A stretch of DNA of 64,000 nt. Origin: Acidobacteriota bacterium. GTDB taxonomy: Bacteria > Acidobacteriota > Blastocatellia > UBA7656. Positions 25,433 to 36,346 of the stretch are shown here, piece by piece. Where the stretch lies: NCBI GenBank assembly GCA_038040455.1, contig JBBPIH010000006.1:47176-111175 (forward strand). The letters are read 5' to 3'. The first letter of the stretch is position 1. Each line of letters begins with the position of its first letter. Both the position numbers and the translations under genes were made by a program. The notes beneath the pieces were generated by a model that was not told the DNA's origin, did no database searches, and saw nothing but the letters and a program-made list of their open reading frames with translations.

Positions 25433-25585
25433 CAGTTCCGGGTTCAGGGTTTAGGGTTCAGGGTTCAGGGTTCCGGGTTCAGGGTTCGTGGTTCCGAGTT
25501 GACGGTAGAAGATTCTGAACTATGAACTCTGAACCTCAACCCTGAACCCGGAACCCTGAACCCTGAACCCGGAACCCGGAACCCT
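25433..25585. repeat. heptamer-run palindrome, GGTTCAG type (~9 heptamers per arm)
   Basis: ttcagttccgggttcagggtttagggttcagggttcagggttccgggttcagggttcgtggttccgag ... ctgaactatgaactctgaacctcaaccctgaacccggaaccctgaaccctgaacccggaacccggaacc, read directly. This one lies upstream of the amidohydrolase rather than of an ADOP. Confidence 0.75.
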
Positions 25586-25586
25586 T

Positions 25587-28022
25587 TCATTCGTATCTCA
25601 ATGCGACCATCGGATCCACCTTCGTCGCCCGTCGAGCCGGCAAGTAGCAAGCCAGCGCCGCCACAAGCACCAGCAACACCGACACACCAGCAAATGTCAG
25701 CGGATCAGTCGGCTTCACTCCGTAAAGGAAGCCGACCATCAGGCGCGTCAACCCGAAAGCTCCAGCGAGACCGATCACGACACCGAACAAAGTCAGGCGC
25801 GCCCCTTGCCTCAATACGAGTTTCAGCACGTCGGCGGTTTGGGCGCCGAGCGCCATCCGCACGCCGATTTCGCGCGTACTGTCGGCCACGTGATAAGACA
25901 TCACCCCGTAGACGCCAACGAATGCCAGCATCAGTCCGGTCGCGGCGAAGATGCTCAAGAGCAGCAAGTTGAAGCGTTGCGGCTTAATGGATCTGGCAAT
26001 CAAATTTTCGACCGTATTTACGCCGGGGACCGTCTGCGCCGGATCCAAACTCTTGATCTGTCGCCGCGCGGTGTTGGCTAAACTCAGCGCGTCATTTTCG
26101 GTGCGGATCACCAACTGGCCGAAGGTCCAGGGCGTTTGGCGATAAGGCGTGTAAATCTCCGGTTTCGGTTCTTTGTCCAAAGCCGCGCCTCTGACGTTGC
26201 CGATCACACCGACGACTTCAAACTCCGCCGGTGAATCTTTGTCGCGGTTGGCTGCGGGAGTGACGCTTTGTCCGAGCGGATTTTCATGAGGGAAAAATTG
26301 ACGCGCGAAAGCTTCGTTGATAATCGCCGCTCCTGGGCGGCTCTTATCATCGGACTCGGTGAATTGCCGCCCTTGTAAAAGCGGCATCCCCATCGTCGCA
26401 AAGTAATCAGGCATGACGGTGAACGTCCCGGCCATTGGCACTTTCTCATTCGCTGGCCACTCGCGCCCCTTGATCTTGAAAGATGAGCCAACACCGCCGC
26501 CGCTGAACGGGAGCGTACTGGTAAAACTCACGGAGCGAACGCCCGGCAAACTCTTGACTTGCTCTTGCAGCAGTTGGAGAAAAGCAACGCGATTCTCACC
26601 CTCCGGATACTTGTTCGATGACAAATTGAGTCCGGCGGTCAGGACATTCTCCGGCTTGAAGCCCAGCTCCACCCGATTCAGCAGGATGAAACTGTTGAGC
26701 AACAGACCGGCCCCAGTCAGCAAAATCAACGCGAGGGCCAGTTCGCCCACAATCAGTGCCGAGCGCAACCAATTCCGGCCAACCCCGGATGCCGAAGCCT
26801 TGCTTCCGCCTTTGAGGGCTTCATTCAAATCCGGCTGAGCCGCTTTCAAGGCCGGCAGTAACCCAAAGAAAACGCCGGTTACCATCGAGATGACGAGCGT
26901 GAAACCGAGAACTGGGCCGTTAATGCCAATCGCATTGATGCGCGGTAGATTTTGCGGGCTAAGAGCCAGCAGTAGATCAATGCCCCAGGCCGCCAGCAAT
27001 AATCCAACTGCCCCGCCGGTCAAAGAGAGTAACAAGCTTTCGGTCAGCAATTGGCGCACGATGTGCCAGGTGCTGGCTCCCAGCGCAGCGCGAATCGCCA
27101 TCTCCCTATGGCGTGACACCGCGCGCGCCAGAAGCAGATTTACAACGTTGGCACAAGCAATCAACGTCACAAACGTGACCGCGCCAAATAGCACCCACAG
27201 CGCCGTGCGAACTTCTCTTGTCAATTCATCGTGAACGCCAACGAGCAGAACGCCTAAGTCCCGGTTCGTGTCTGGATTTTCCTGTTCAAGACGGCCAGCG
27301 ATACCAGTCATCTCGGTCTGTGCGGCCTGCCAAGAAAACCCTGGTTTCAACCGCGCCACCACCTGGACGTTACGCGCTCCGCGGTAATCCATCATTCCAG
27401 CAGAAAGGATGGCATTGGTGGCCCAGATTTCAGCCCTTTCCGTCTCGAACGGAAATTTGAAATCCGGCGGCATAATGCCGACGACGGTAAAGAGTTGATT
27501 GCTTAACTTGACTTGCCGACCTATCAATTCCTCGTCGCCGCCAAAGACTCTCTGCCACAAGGCATGGCTGACCAGCGCAACTTTTTCACTGTCGCGCTTT
27601 TCTTCTTCGGGTAAGAAGGTTCTGCCTTTGAAAGCGTTGACACCGAGCAACTGGAAGAAGTTGGACGACACTGTTGCCGCCTGGACTTGCGCCAGATCAT
27701 TGCCCACAGTGAGCGCGAAACTCCATGGCCTGAAGGTCGCCAGATCTTCAAACACTCGGTTCTGCGCCTTCCAATCCTGGAAGTCGGCGTAACCGACGCT
27801 CTCCGACTTAGTGCCTTTTGTTTTATCAATGTGCCGCACCAACATCAGGTCTTCCGGTTTTTGATACGGCAGCGGCTGCAACATCACCGCATTGACGACG
27901 CTGAAAATCGCGGTGTTCGCCCCGATGCCCAGGGCGAGTGTCAGCACAGCTACAACAGTGAAGCCGGGCCTCTTTGCGAGCATTCGCAAGCCATATCTCA
28001 GATCTTGCCAGAGAGTCTCCAT
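25587..28022 (-). CDS. ADOP-family permease (811 aa)
   Basis: [22 protein letters not shown]...; C-terminal [15 protein letters not shown]. Confidence 0.9.
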   Translation of the reverse strand: METLWQDLRYGLRMLAKRPGFTVVAVLTLALGIGANTAIFSVVNAVMLQPLPYQKPEDLMLVRHIDKTKGTKSESVGYADFQDWKAQNRVFEDLATFRPWSFALTVGNDLAQVQAATVSSNFFQLLGVNAFKGRTFLPEEEKRDSEKVALVSHALWQRVFGGDEELIGRQVKLSNQLFTVVGIMPPDFKFPFETERAEIWATNAILSAGMMDYRGARNVQVVARLKPGFSWQAAQTEMTGIAGRLEQENPDTNRDLGVLLVGVHDELTREVRTALWVLFGAVTFVTLIACANVVNLLLARAVSRHREMAIRAALGASTWHIVRQLLTESLLLSLTGGAVGLLLAAWGIDLLLALSPQNLPRINAIGINGPVLGFTLVISMVTGVFFGLLPALKAAQPDLNEALKGGSKASASGVGRNWLRSALIVGELALALILLTGAGLLLNSFILLNRVELGFKPENVLTAGLNLSSNKYPEGENRVAFLQLLQEQVKSLPGVRSVSFTSTLPFSGGGVGSSFKIKGREWPANEKVPMAGTFTVMPDYFATMGMPLLQGRQFTESDDKSRPGAAIINEAFARQFFPHENPLGQSVTPAANRDKDSPAEFEVVGVIGNVRGAALDKEPKPEIYTPYRQTPWTFGQLVIRTENDALSLANTARRQIKSLDPAQTVPGVNTVENLIARSIKPQRFNLLLLSIFAATGLMLAFVGVYGVMSYHVADSTREIGVRMALGAQTADVLKLVLRQGARLTLFGVVIGLAGAFGLTRLMVGFLYGVKPTDPLTFAGVSVLLVLVAALACYLPARRATKVDPMVALRYE

Positions 28023-28183
28023 CGTGTCTCCTCTCTCAATTGCGGATCATTCGGAGCGGACTCCGATTATCACGCCCGTCTATTTCACAGCGAGAATTTC
28101 TTTGCCTTGGCTCCACTGTTTTTCATAACTTCTCTCATCAACTGATCGGGGTCATTCGCACCGGCCGCTGACAGGAGTTCGTA

Positions 28184-28259
28184 GTCCCGCCTTCCGGCGG
28201 AAGTTCGTAATTGCCCGTGCCGTAAGCCTATATCACAAACTTCCGCCGGAAGGCGGGAC
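28184..28259. repeat. perfect 22-bp inverted repeat gtcccgccttccggcggaagtt / aacttccgccggaaggcgggac; each arm is self-complementary
   Basis: Read directly. It lies upstream of ADOP 25587..28022 and is built like the 7518-7583 element. Confidence 0.7.
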
Positions 28260-28275
28260 CACAAACTCTTCTCCG

Positions 28276-29604
28276 TCAACTCAACTCCAGCGCCACAATC
28301 ATCTTTCGATCGCGGACATAGAGCTTTGTTCCTGAAAGAGTCGGCGGCGTCCACGCCCGGTTGGTCAGGAGATTTGTTTTTGAGATCACCTTCATCCCCT
28401 GGGGTGACAGCGCGACCAACGCGAGTACGCAGTCTTCATCGAGCAAAATCACTTTGCCGTCGGCGTAAACAAAATTTGCTTTTGGAAAGGTGCGATCCTG
28501 CCAGACCGTATTGCCAGTTCGCACATCTACCGCCGTCATCGGCGCGGGGCCGAAATCTCCGCTCGATCCATACACCAGATCGCCGAGCCGGATCATCGTG
28601 CTGTGATGCACGCGCATTCGCCGGGAAGCCCACAGTTCCTTGACTGTGGTTTTTCCGTCGGTTTGATTCAACTGCAGGGCGCGACTCCCACCGCTGTATG
28701 CGGATGACACGACCAGAATGTTGTCGGCGCCCCAGACCGGCAAGCTGATGTTCAGTCCCCAGTCGCAATTGTGAGGATGGCTCCAGAGCAGCTCGCCGTT
28801 GTTCGGATTCATGCCGACGATGTGATCGGCGAGCACGATTACAAGCTGGTCCTGTCCGTCAACGTTGATGATGGTTGGGGTTGACGGCGAGAGTTTGAAG
28901 TCCTGTTTCTTCCAGACGACCGCTCCCGTTTTTTGATCGAAAGCCATCAGCGCCTGGCCGGCTCCGCCGACGGTCACAATGACGGTGTTCTTCCACGCGA
29001 GCGGACTGCAGGAATACCCTCGGCCCATCTTCGTTCCGCCATACTCTCGATAAAGATCGTGGGACCACACGACGCTCCCCGATTTTTTATCAAAGGCCTG
29101 CATCTTGCCGATGACGCCCACAGTGAAGAGCAGATCGCCGGCAATAACCGGCGTCGCATGCGGGCCATTGCCGTTTTCCATCGCCAGTCCGGTGGTCGGC
29201 GCAGCGTTGCTCTTCTCCCAGATCGTTTTTCCGTTAGCCGCGTCCAGGGCAACGACAAACTCCTGGTCGCCTTTGCTGTACATCGTGTAGAGCCGGCCCC
29301 CATCGGCAATGATCGAGGAATGGCCTTCGCCGAGTTCACGACTCCACAATCGTTTCGGTCCCTCGCCGGGCCACGTCGACGCAAGCCCCTTCGCTTCAAC
29401 CATGAAGTTGCGCTGCGGCCCGCCCCATTGCGGCCAGCCCGGTGACTGCGCAAACGCGCCGGTGCTCGCGAATAAGAGCAAAAGCAAGAGCCAACCTCCC
29501 TTCCGGACCTGTGAACCTGCACTGAGTTCGACTCTGTTGAAGCGCGACTTCGAGGCAGGAACTCGCGCGCGATAGACATGGTCTTGCTGCAATGTTTGCA
29601 TCAT
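28276..29604 (-). CDS. secreted PQQ-like beta-propeller repeat protein (BamB/PQQ-repeat family); start uncertain (GTG 29616 or ATG 29604/29601)
   Basis: Signal peptide ...GGWLLLLLLFASTGAFAQ after a long basic n-region, then WPQWGGPQRNF and repeated PQQ-type blades. It overlaps the stop of the upstream gene (GTGA). Confidence 0.75.
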   Translation of the reverse strand: MMQTLQQDHVYRARVPASKSRFNRVELSAGSQVRKGGWLLLLLLFASTGAFAQSPGWPQWGGPQRNFMVEAKGLASTWPGEGPKRLWSRELGEGHSSIIADGGRLYTMYSKGDQEFVVALDAANGKTIWEKSNAAPTTGLAMENGNGPHATPVIAGDLLFTVGVIGKMQAFDKKSGSVVWSHDLYREYGGTKMGRGYSCSPLAWKNTVIVTVGGAGQALMAFDQKTGAVVWKKQDFKLSPSTPTIINVDGQDQLVIVLADHIVGMNPNNGELLWSHPHNCDWGLNISLPVWGADNILVVSSAYSGGSRALQLNQTDGKTTVKELWASRRMRVHHSTMIRLGDLVYGSSGDFGPAPMTAVDVRTGNTVWQDRTFPKANFVYADGKVILLDEDCVLALVALSPQGMKVISKTNLLTNRAWTPPTLSGTKLYVRDRKMIVALELS

Positions 29605-29612
29605 CCCTCCTA

Positions 29613-30758
29613 TCACTGTTTCTTGAGCACGGTGTTAACGATCGGTGCCACCAGTTCTTCGCAGAAGGCTCTTTCAAGGTTCGTCATCAGCGCGATGGTA
29701 AAGCGTTTTTCGGGGATGAGATAAAGATACGTGCGTGTGCCGGCTTGGCTGCCGTCGTTCCATACCCGTTTCGGTTCGCCTGGACCAGCATCGGCGATTA
29801 GCCAGCCCAGACCGTAAGACTGCAATTCCTTACCGTCCGCGGTCTTCTGGCGCGTCCACATCTGCTCAAGCGTCCGCGGCTTCACCAGCTTGCCCTGCTG
29901 GATCGCGATGGCAAACTTCGCGAGGTCTTCCACGGTCGAAACAAGACCGCCGCCGGGCAGCCTGCCGCTGGTGTCGAGCGGCGGAGCATCCCTCACGTCG
30001 CCGTTCGCGGACTTGCTGTACAGCAGGGCGCGGTCCGGAATATTCGCCTTGATGTCATCAGTCTGCGTTCGCGTCATGCCCGCAGGCTTGAAGATTTTCT
30101 CCCGGAGGTAATCAGGGTACTTCATCCCGGAAGCGCCTTCGATCACGCAGCCCAGCACCGAGTAACCGAGAGTCGAGTAGAGATACTTCGTACCCGGTTC
30201 GTGCAGCAGCGGTTCGTCCTTGAAGAAACTTAATGATTCAACGACGCTGTCGAAATGACGATTTGAAGGATCGGAAAACTTGTGATGGCGGATGCCGCCC
30301 AAATGCGCAAGCAGTTGTCGCGAAGTGACTGGCCATGGTTTTGGCGGGAAAGCCGGGCAGTATTTCTGAACCGGCGCATCAAGATCGATTTTCCCCTGCT
30401 CTGCCAACTGCATCACGGCTGTGGCTGTGATCGACTTGGCTATTGAAGCCAGTCGGTAAACCGTCGTCGCGGTGGCCGGTGTCTTCTTCTCGGGATCCGC
30501 CAGACCGAAGCCTTTCGACCAGAGTAGGCGATTGTCAGTAACGATCGCTATGGAAACAGCCGGCGCTTTGTGCTTCGCCATCCATTCTGAAACGGCCGCT
30601 TCGATCTTTGCGGTTTCGCCGGTCGACAGGCTCCGCGCGTCTTGCGCAAAGGTGTTCGCGCCGATGCCGAGCGCGAGCGTTATGACCGCGACCGCGAAGC
30701 CGGGCTTCTTGAGAAGGATTCGAACGGCGTACCTCAGGTCTTGCAAAAGATTCTGCAT
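29613..30758 (-). CDS. chimeric protein: ADOP N-terminal 36 aa (TM1) fused to a class-C-like beta-lactamase-family serine hydrolase
   Basis: [36 protein letters not shown] is near-identical to the N-terminus of ADOP 30929..33343. It runs straight into FAQD..., then [11 protein letters not shown] (SxxK) and a [15 protein letters not shown]-box. The fusion point coincides with a signal-peptidase-like AFA-Q site. Confidence 0.85.
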   Translation of the reverse strand: MQNLLQDLRYAVRILLKKPGFAVAVITLALGIGANTFAQDARSLSTGETAKIEAAVSEWMAKHKAPAVSIAIVTDNRLLWSKGFGLADPEKKTPATATTVYRLASIAKSITATAVMQLAEQGKIDLDAPVQKYCPAFPPKPWPVTSRQLLAHLGGIRHHKFSDPSNRHFDSVVESLSFFKDEPLLHEPGTKYLYSTLGYSVLGCVIEGASGMKYPDYLREKIFKPAGMTRTQTDDIKANIPDRALLYSKSANGDVRDAPPLDTSGRLPGGGLVSTVEDLAKFAIAIQQGKLVKPRTLEQMWTRQKTADGKELQSYGLGWLIADAGPGEPKRVWNDGSQAGTRTYLYLIPEKRFTIALMTNLERAFCEELVAPIVNTVLKKQ

Positions 30759-30774
30759 AATCTCCGCCTGTATG

Positions 30775-30925
30775 AGGGTTCAGGATTCCGGGTTCCGGGT
30801 TTCCGGGTTCCGAGTTTCTGGTTTCTGGTTTCTAGTTTCTGGTTACGAGACTGGACAGGGCCAAACCAGAAACCCTGAACTCGGACTCTGAACCCTGAAC
30901 TCTGAGCCCACGAACCCGGAACCCG
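30775..30925. repeat. heptamer-run palindrome, GGTTCAG/GGTTTCT type
   Basis: Read directly. The left arm is near-identical to 33358-33415. Confidence 0.75.
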
Positions 30926-30928
30926 GGT

Positions 30929-33343
30929 TCATTCGCCCCTCAGCGCGGCCATAGGATCGACCTTGGTGGCTCGACGGGCTGGAAGAAAACAAGCTCCCAG
31001 AGCCACTCCTGCCAGCAACACCGGCACGATGATGAAAGTTGCTGGGTCGGTCGGTCCGACCTCAAAAAGCAAGCTTGCCATCACCCGGGTGACCGCGAAC
31101 GCGGCCGCGAGCCCTATCCCGACGCCAATCAGCGCGAGTCTCATTCCCTGGCCAACCACGAGCTTCAACACATCAGACGGCTTCGCGCCAAGCGCAAGGC
31201 GGATTCCAATCTCGTGCCTGCGCTCAGTGACTGAATAAGAGATCACTCCATAGATCCCGACTGCGGCCAACACCAGCGCCAAACCCGCAAGCCCGCCGTA
31301 CAGCAGAATTGACAAACGCTGCGGCGAAACCGACTCCGAGACGAGTTGATCCATCGACCGCAGTGAACCGATGGCCTGCTCTTTGTCCACAGCATAGATT
31401 TGCTCGCGCACCGCGCCGGCAACGGCAAACGGATCGACCGGGGTACGCAACGCGACGCTCATCGAGCCCGGCGTCGCCTGGCGGAACGGAACGTAGATCT
31501 CCGCCACGGGCGGCGTCCCCAATGCTTCGTGCCGAATGTCTCGGACTACCCCCACGATCTCTTGCAACCCTGTCGTGTCCCACCTGAAGTCGATCCGCTT
31601 GCCGATCGGTTCTTCGTCAGCGAGAAAGCGGCGGACGAAGGCCTCGTTCACTATCGCCACCTGAGGAGCGCCAGCGATGTCGCGCGCGGCGAAGAACCGG
31701 CCTTTGATCAGCGGGATGCGCATCGCCTCAAAGTAGCCTTCGCTCGCTATGCGCTTGTCGGCGACGGGCAACGAATCAGGTGGATAGACCTGCCCTTCAA
31801 TACTGAACCCGCCGTTGGTGCCGCCGCCTGCAAGCGGCAGATCGTTCACCGCGCCGGCAGCTTCAATGCCGGGCAAAGAAGACATTCGCTCCAGCACCTG
31901 GTCGAAAACTCGAGCGCGCATCGCCGGTTCAGCGTATCTCGTGCCGGATAGACTCAGCCCGAACGTGACGATGTTCCCAGGATCGAATCCCTTGGGAACC
32001 TGGAGCAGCCGGACAAAGCTGCTTATCATCAGCCCGGCGGCAATCAACAGGACCAGCGACAAGGCCATCTCGCTGATCACCAGAAAACCGCGCGCGCGGT
32101 CACGGCCATGCGCGGCGCCGGCAACAGCGCCCCCCTCTTTCAAAATCTCATAAGTGCCCATCTTCACGGCTCGCAGCGCAGGCCACAGTCCAAACAGAAT
32201 CCCTGTTCCCAACGACACTGCCAGCGTGAACAAGAGCACTCTCCAGTCTGTGTCAATTTCCTCGATCCGAGGCAGCTTCGACCGCGCCAGATCGGCAATC
32301 AGATTCATCAGCCACAGCGAGACCAACAATCCAAGCCCGCCGCCGATCAGCGCAAGCAGAATGCTCTCGGTCAGAAGCTGGCGAATCAAACGCCGGCGGC
32401 TGGCGCCTATGGCCAGGCGGATCGCAATCTCCTTTTGACGAGCGCTGGCGCGAGCGAGGAGCAGATTGGCCACGTTGGCGCAGCCAATCAGAAGCACAAA
32501 CCCCACGGCGGCCAAAAGTAGAAGCAGCCCGGAGCGCGAGTCCTTTACTATGCTGTCCTTCAAACCGTGAAGCTGGACGTCGTGATTGATCGAGCGCTCC
32601 TGCTTCAATCGTTCCGCCAGAATGCTCATCTCCCGCCGCGCCTGGTCGAGCCCAACTCCATCTCGCAATCGCCCGATCACCGAAAGAAAATGAAGACCGC
32701 GAGGCGCGCGCGATGCGTCGAGTCTCAACGGCGCCCAGACTTCTCGCAGGTCGCCCGCCGACGCGTCGATTGGGCGCACTGATCGAAAGCTCTGAGGCAG
32801 AACACCCACGATCGTGTACGCCCTCGCGTCGAGCGTCATCGTTGTGCCCAACACAGCCGGGTCGGCGCCGAAACGGCGTTGCCACAAACCGTAGCTGATC
32901 AGCGCAACCAGTTGGCTGCCCGGTCTTTCTTCTTCCAACGAAATGTTCCGGCCCAGGACTGGCGTGACCCCAAGCGTCGGGAACAGGTTACTGGAAACGC
33001 GGCAACCGAATAACTGCTCGGGCTCGCCGCGCCCGGTCATGGTGTACGCGGTGTTGAAGTAGGCGGCGACTTCCTGGAACACACCGTTCTGCTGTTTCCA
33101 ATCCACGAACTCGGGATAGTCAGTCGGGGTCTCATCATCGGGAGGCTGCTTGTCTCTCATTAACACGATCTGTTCCGGATGAAAGTAAGGCAGCGGACGC
33201 AGCAGCACCGCGTTGACCGCGCTGAAAATCGCGGTGTTCGCGCCGATGCCGAGCGCGAGCGTTATCAACGCGACCGTCGCAAAGCCGCGCTTCTTGAGAA
33301 GGATTCGAACTGCATACCTCAGGTCTTGCAAGAGAGTCTGCAT
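30929..33343 (-). CDS. ADOP-family permease (804 aa)
   Basis: [41 protein letters not shown]...; C-terminal [15 protein letters not shown]. Confidence 0.9.
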   Translation of the reverse strand: MQTLLQDLRYAVRILLKKRGFATVALITLALGIGANTAIFSAVNAVLLRPLPYFHPEQIVLMRDKQPPDDETPTDYPEFVDWKQQNGVFQEVAAYFNTAYTMTGRGEPEQLFGCRVSSNLFPTLGVTPVLGRNISLEEERPGSQLVALISYGLWQRRFGADPAVLGTTMTLDARAYTIVGVLPQSFRSVRPIDASAGDLREVWAPLRLDASRAPRGLHFLSVIGRLRDGVGLDQARREMSILAERLKQERSINHDVQLHGLKDSIVKDSRSGLLLLLAAVGFVLLIGCANVANLLLARASARQKEIAIRLAIGASRRRLIRQLLTESILLALIGGGLGLLVSLWLMNLIADLARSKLPRIEEIDTDWRVLLFTLAVSLGTGILFGLWPALRAVKMGTYEILKEGGAVAGAAHGRDRARGFLVISEMALSLVLLIAAGLMISSFVRLLQVPKGFDPGNIVTFGLSLSGTRYAEPAMRARVFDQVLERMSSLPGIEAAGAVNDLPLAGGGTNGGFSIEGQVYPPDSLPVADKRIASEGYFEAMRIPLIKGRFFAARDIAGAPQVAIVNEAFVRRFLADEEPIGKRIDFRWDTTGLQEIVGVVRDIRHEALGTPPVAEIYVPFRQATPGSMSVALRTPVDPFAVAGAVREQIYAVDKEQAIGSLRSMDQLVSESVSPQRLSILLYGGLAGLALVLAAVGIYGVISYSVTERRHEIGIRLALGAKPSDVLKLVVGQGMRLALIGVGIGLAAAFAVTRVMASLLFEVGPTDPATFIIVPVLLAGVALGACFLPARRATKVDPMAALRGE

Positions 33344-33357
33344 AGTTTCCTCCGGAA

Positions 33358-33415
33358 TGAGGGTTCAGGGTTCAGGGTTCCGAGTTTCTGGTTTCTGGTT
33401 TCTAGTTTCTGGTTT
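33358..33415. repeat. heptamer-run half-element (left arm only: gggttcagggttcagggttccgagtttctggtttctggtttctagtttctggttt)
   Basis: Read directly. No complementary arm nearby; it abuts an ADOP 5' remnant. Confidence 0.65.
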
Positions 33416-33511
33416 GCCCAAGGCGAGTGTGAGGATGGCAATCAATGAGAAGCCAGGTTTCCTGAGCAACATTCGCGAACCGTAGCGCAGGTCTTGGAGT
33501 AGTGCTTCCAT
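33416..33511 (-). pseudogene. orphan ADOP 5' fragment (32 codons: [32 protein letters not shown])
   Basis: The reverse-complement translation matches ADOP TM1 exactly, then stops by running into the heptamer arm. Confidence 0.7.
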
Positions 33512-33540
33512 AATCAACTCTCCGTTTCAAAGTCTTTGCT

Positions 33541-33678
33541 TCACGTTCGAAAAACGCTGAATACTGTCCCAGCAACGCCGATTGCGATCGCCATCGCCAG
33601 TACGGCAACAACGGTGACTTCGGGACTCTTGCGCAGAAGCCGCAAACCAAAACGAATGTCAGACATCCATCCGGACAT
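33541..33678 (-). pseudogene. orphan 5' fragment of a long-form ADOP-like permease (45 codons: MSGWMSDIRFGLRLLRKSPEVTVVAVLAMAIAIGVAGTVFSVFRT*)
   Basis: Resembles the N-terminal TM1 region of the 881-aa permease type. It is preceded by its own GAAGATT palindrome. Confidence 0.55.
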
Positions 33679-33701
33679 TTTGATCCTTTCACCGGCACAT
33701 T

Positions 33702-33800
33702 CGAAGATTGAAGATTGAAGATTGAGGATCGAAGGACTGCCGGTCGCCGCTATCTTCTATCGTCCATCTTCTATCCTCGATCCTCGATCCTCGATCCTCG
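33702..33800. repeat. heptamer-run palindrome, GAAGATT/GAGGATC type (3-4 heptamers per arm)
   Basis: cgaagattgaagattgaagattgaggatcgaagga ... ctatcttctatcgtccatcttctatcctcgatcctcgatcctcgatcctcg, read directly. Confidence 0.75.
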
Positions 33801-33804
33801 TTCG

Positions 33805-36240
33805 TCACTGGTATCTCAGCGCCTCCATCGGATCTACCTTCGTCGCCCGTCGACCAGGCACGAAACAGGCTCCGAGAGCCACTCCTACGAGTAGCAGCGA
33901 AATGGCCAGGAACGTCAAAGGATCGCTAGGGCTCACGCCGTAGAGAAAGCTCGAGATCAAACGTGTGGCGATGAAGGCCAGCGCAAGCCCGATCGTTACG
34001 CCCATTGAAACGATGACCAGGCCCTCTCGAAGAACGAGCTTCATTACATCCCGCGTGTCCGCTCCGAGCGCCATGCGGATTCCGAACTCGTGTGTACGCT
34101 GAGCGACCGAAAACGACATCACGCCGTAAACCCCCACCGCCGCCAGCGCCAGAGCCAAAACAGCGAAGACTGCAAGCAACAGCATCGTGAAACGGGGTTG
34201 AGAGACCGAGTTTGACAGGACCTGCTCCATCGTTTGAATCCGGGCGACCGGCAAGTCTTTATCTATGGTTTGAACGACGCTCCTGATAGGCCCGGCGAGC
34301 GTTATTGGACCAGAAGAGGCGCGCGCAACTACGGTCATCGAGCGCCATACCCCGAGCGCCGTAACGTAAGCGTTCTGAGAGTGCAGGAAGTACATCTCCG
34401 GTCTCGGTCTGATGTCCAGGCCCTGGTCCTTTGTGTCTTTTGTTATTCCCACTATGGTGAACAAGGGACTGCCGGGCACGCCCAAATCTATCCGCTTGCC
34501 GACCGGGTCTTCATCAGGCCAGAAGCTGGTCATAGCATCATTGATTATGACCACGGCGGGCGCATCTTCCCGGTCTGACTCCATGAAGTAACGACCCTTT
34601 AGAAGTGGAATACCCATCGCGCAGAAATAATCCCGGCTTATCATTCGATATTCGGCGTTCTGAGCCACATCATCGGACAAGCGAGGTTTTCCCTCGATCT
34701 CAAATGACGCATTGGAATTGAATCCGCTTAAAGGAAGCACTGTTACCGTGCCTACAGACTGCACTCCCGGCAATGATTCCGCTCTTTCCAGCAATTGCTT
34801 GTAAAAAGCATCGACCTGTTGACGCTGCGGATACCGGGATTGTGGCAAGGCGATTTGGGCGGTCAGCACATTCTTTGGATCGAAGCCGGCGTCTACATTG
34901 AGCAGCCGCCAGAAGCTCTTAATCATCAGGCCCGCGCCTATGAGAAGCACGAGTGAGAGAGCTATCTCAGATACTACGAGGACCCGGCGAGTGTGGCGGC
35001 GTCCCCGATCGCCCGTACTCCCCCTACCCTCTTTAAAGGATGCGTGCAGGTCCATCTTTGAAGATTGTAGTCCGGGCACTAATCCAAACATTATTCCCGC
35101 AAGAACCGAGATCGCGAGGGTGAAGATGAGCACCGTGGCATCCACGCCGACTTCGCTGGTTCGGGGGATGGTTGCGGGCGCAATAGCAAGCAAAGCCTCA
35201 ACACCCCAGAATGCCAGCAGCAGTCCCATCGCTCCTCCCATCAAACTCAAGAGCACGCTCTCGGTCAGGAGTTGCTGAATGATGCGGCTGCGGCCAGCGC
35301 CGAGGGCGATGCGAATGGCAATCTCTTTTTGCCTCGCTTCAGCCCGGGCAAGGAGCAGATTGGCGACGTTGGCGCAGGCGATCAGCAGCACGAATCCGAT
35401 TGCCGCAAGCAGGACGAGAAGAGCCGGGCGAATGTCTCCTACGATCAATTCATGCAGCGGAATCAAGTTCACGCTCTGCGTTGAATTCACGCCTTCCGGG
35501 TATCGCTTTCGATACTCTTCCGCAAGCTGAGCGGCAAGAGTGTTCATCCCCACGCGAGCTTGCTCCAGCGTCACATTCGATCTAAGGCGCGCGATTGCAT
35601 TGTAACTGCGGTCTCTGGGACTCACGTTAGCGCGATCAAGCCCCAGAGGAAGCCATAGCTGGACATCTTGTTTATCGAAGTAGAAGCCGCCAGGCATAAC
35701 TCCGATGATTGTGCGGCTGAGGCCGTTGAGGCTCACTTGTTGACCGATGATATTTGGATCAGAGCCGAAGCGCCGTTGCCAGAGGCCATAGCTCAACACG
35801 ACGACTTGAGCCGGCCCCGGCTTATCGTCTTCAGCGGTGAAGGCGCGGCCCAGCGCGGGTTGAACGCCGACGGAAGGAAAGAAACCGGCAGACGCCCACG
35901 TAGCGGCAACGCGCTCAGGCTCGCCGCTGCCTGTGAGGCTCGTGGCCCCTGTTGCAAATGCGGCGACCTCTTCAAAGACGTGATTCTGTTCTCGGAAGTC
36001 GAAGAATTCGAGGTCTGTAAGCCCCAGCGTGTGCCCTCCCCTGGACGGGTGCCATATCGTCACTATCCGGTCAGGGTTTGGATAGGGTAAAGGACGAAGC
36101 AGCACGCCGTTGACGACACTGAAGATCGCAGTGTTGGCGCCAATGCCTAAAGTCAAAGCGAGCACGGCCACGGCAGTGAAGCCAGGTCTCTTGAGCAGCA
36201 TCCGAACGCCATAGCGAATGTCCTGAATTATGTTTTCCAT
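33805..36240 (-). CDS. ADOP-family permease (811 aa)
   Basis: MENIIQDIRYGVRMLLKRPGFT...; C-terminal [15 protein letters not shown]. Confidence 0.9.
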   Translation of the reverse strand: MENIIQDIRYGVRMLLKRPGFTAVAVLALTLGIGANTAIFSVVNGVLLRPLPYPNPDRIVTIWHPSRGGHTLGLTDLEFFDFREQNHVFEEVAAFATGATSLTGSGEPERVAATWASAGFFPSVGVQPALGRAFTAEDDKPGPAQVVVLSYGLWQRRFGSDPNIIGQQVSLNGLSRTIIGVMPGGFYFDKQDVQLWLPLGLDRANVSPRDRSYNAIARLRSNVTLEQARVGMNTLAAQLAEEYRKRYPEGVNSTQSVNLIPLHELIVGDIRPALLVLLAAIGFVLLIACANVANLLLARAEARQKEIAIRIALGAGRSRIIQQLLTESVLLSLMGGAMGLLLAFWGVEALLAIAPATIPRTSEVGVDATVLIFTLAISVLAGIMFGLVPGLQSSKMDLHASFKEGRGSTGDRGRRHTRRVLVVSEIALSLVLLIGAGLMIKSFWRLLNVDAGFDPKNVLTAQIALPQSRYPQRQQVDAFYKQLLERAESLPGVQSVGTVTVLPLSGFNSNASFEIEGKPRLSDDVAQNAEYRMISRDYFCAMGIPLLKGRYFMESDREDAPAVVIINDAMTSFWPDEDPVGKRIDLGVPGSPLFTIVGITKDTKDQGLDIRPRPEMYFLHSQNAYVTALGVWRSMTVVARASSGPITLAGPIRSVVQTIDKDLPVARIQTMEQVLSNSVSQPRFTMLLLAVFAVLALALAAVGVYGVMSFSVAQRTHEFGIRMALGADTRDVMKLVLREGLVIVSMGVTIGLALAFIATRLISSFLYGVSPSDPLTFLAISLLLVGVALGACFVPGRRATKVDPMEALRYQ

Positions 36241-36259
36241 ATCTCCTCCGATTTAAGAC

Positions 36260-36335
36260 TGAGATCGAGAACCGAGGATCGAAGATGGAAGATACCGCCG
36301 CGAGGAGCCTTCCGATACTCGATCCTCAATCTTCG
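36260..36335. repeat. heptamer-run palindrome, GAGATCG/GAGGATC type
   Basis: gagatcgagaaccgaggatcgaagatggaagata ... tccgatactcgatcctcaatcttcgatcttc, read directly. Confidence 0.65.
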
Positions 36336-36346
36336 ATCTTCGTGGT

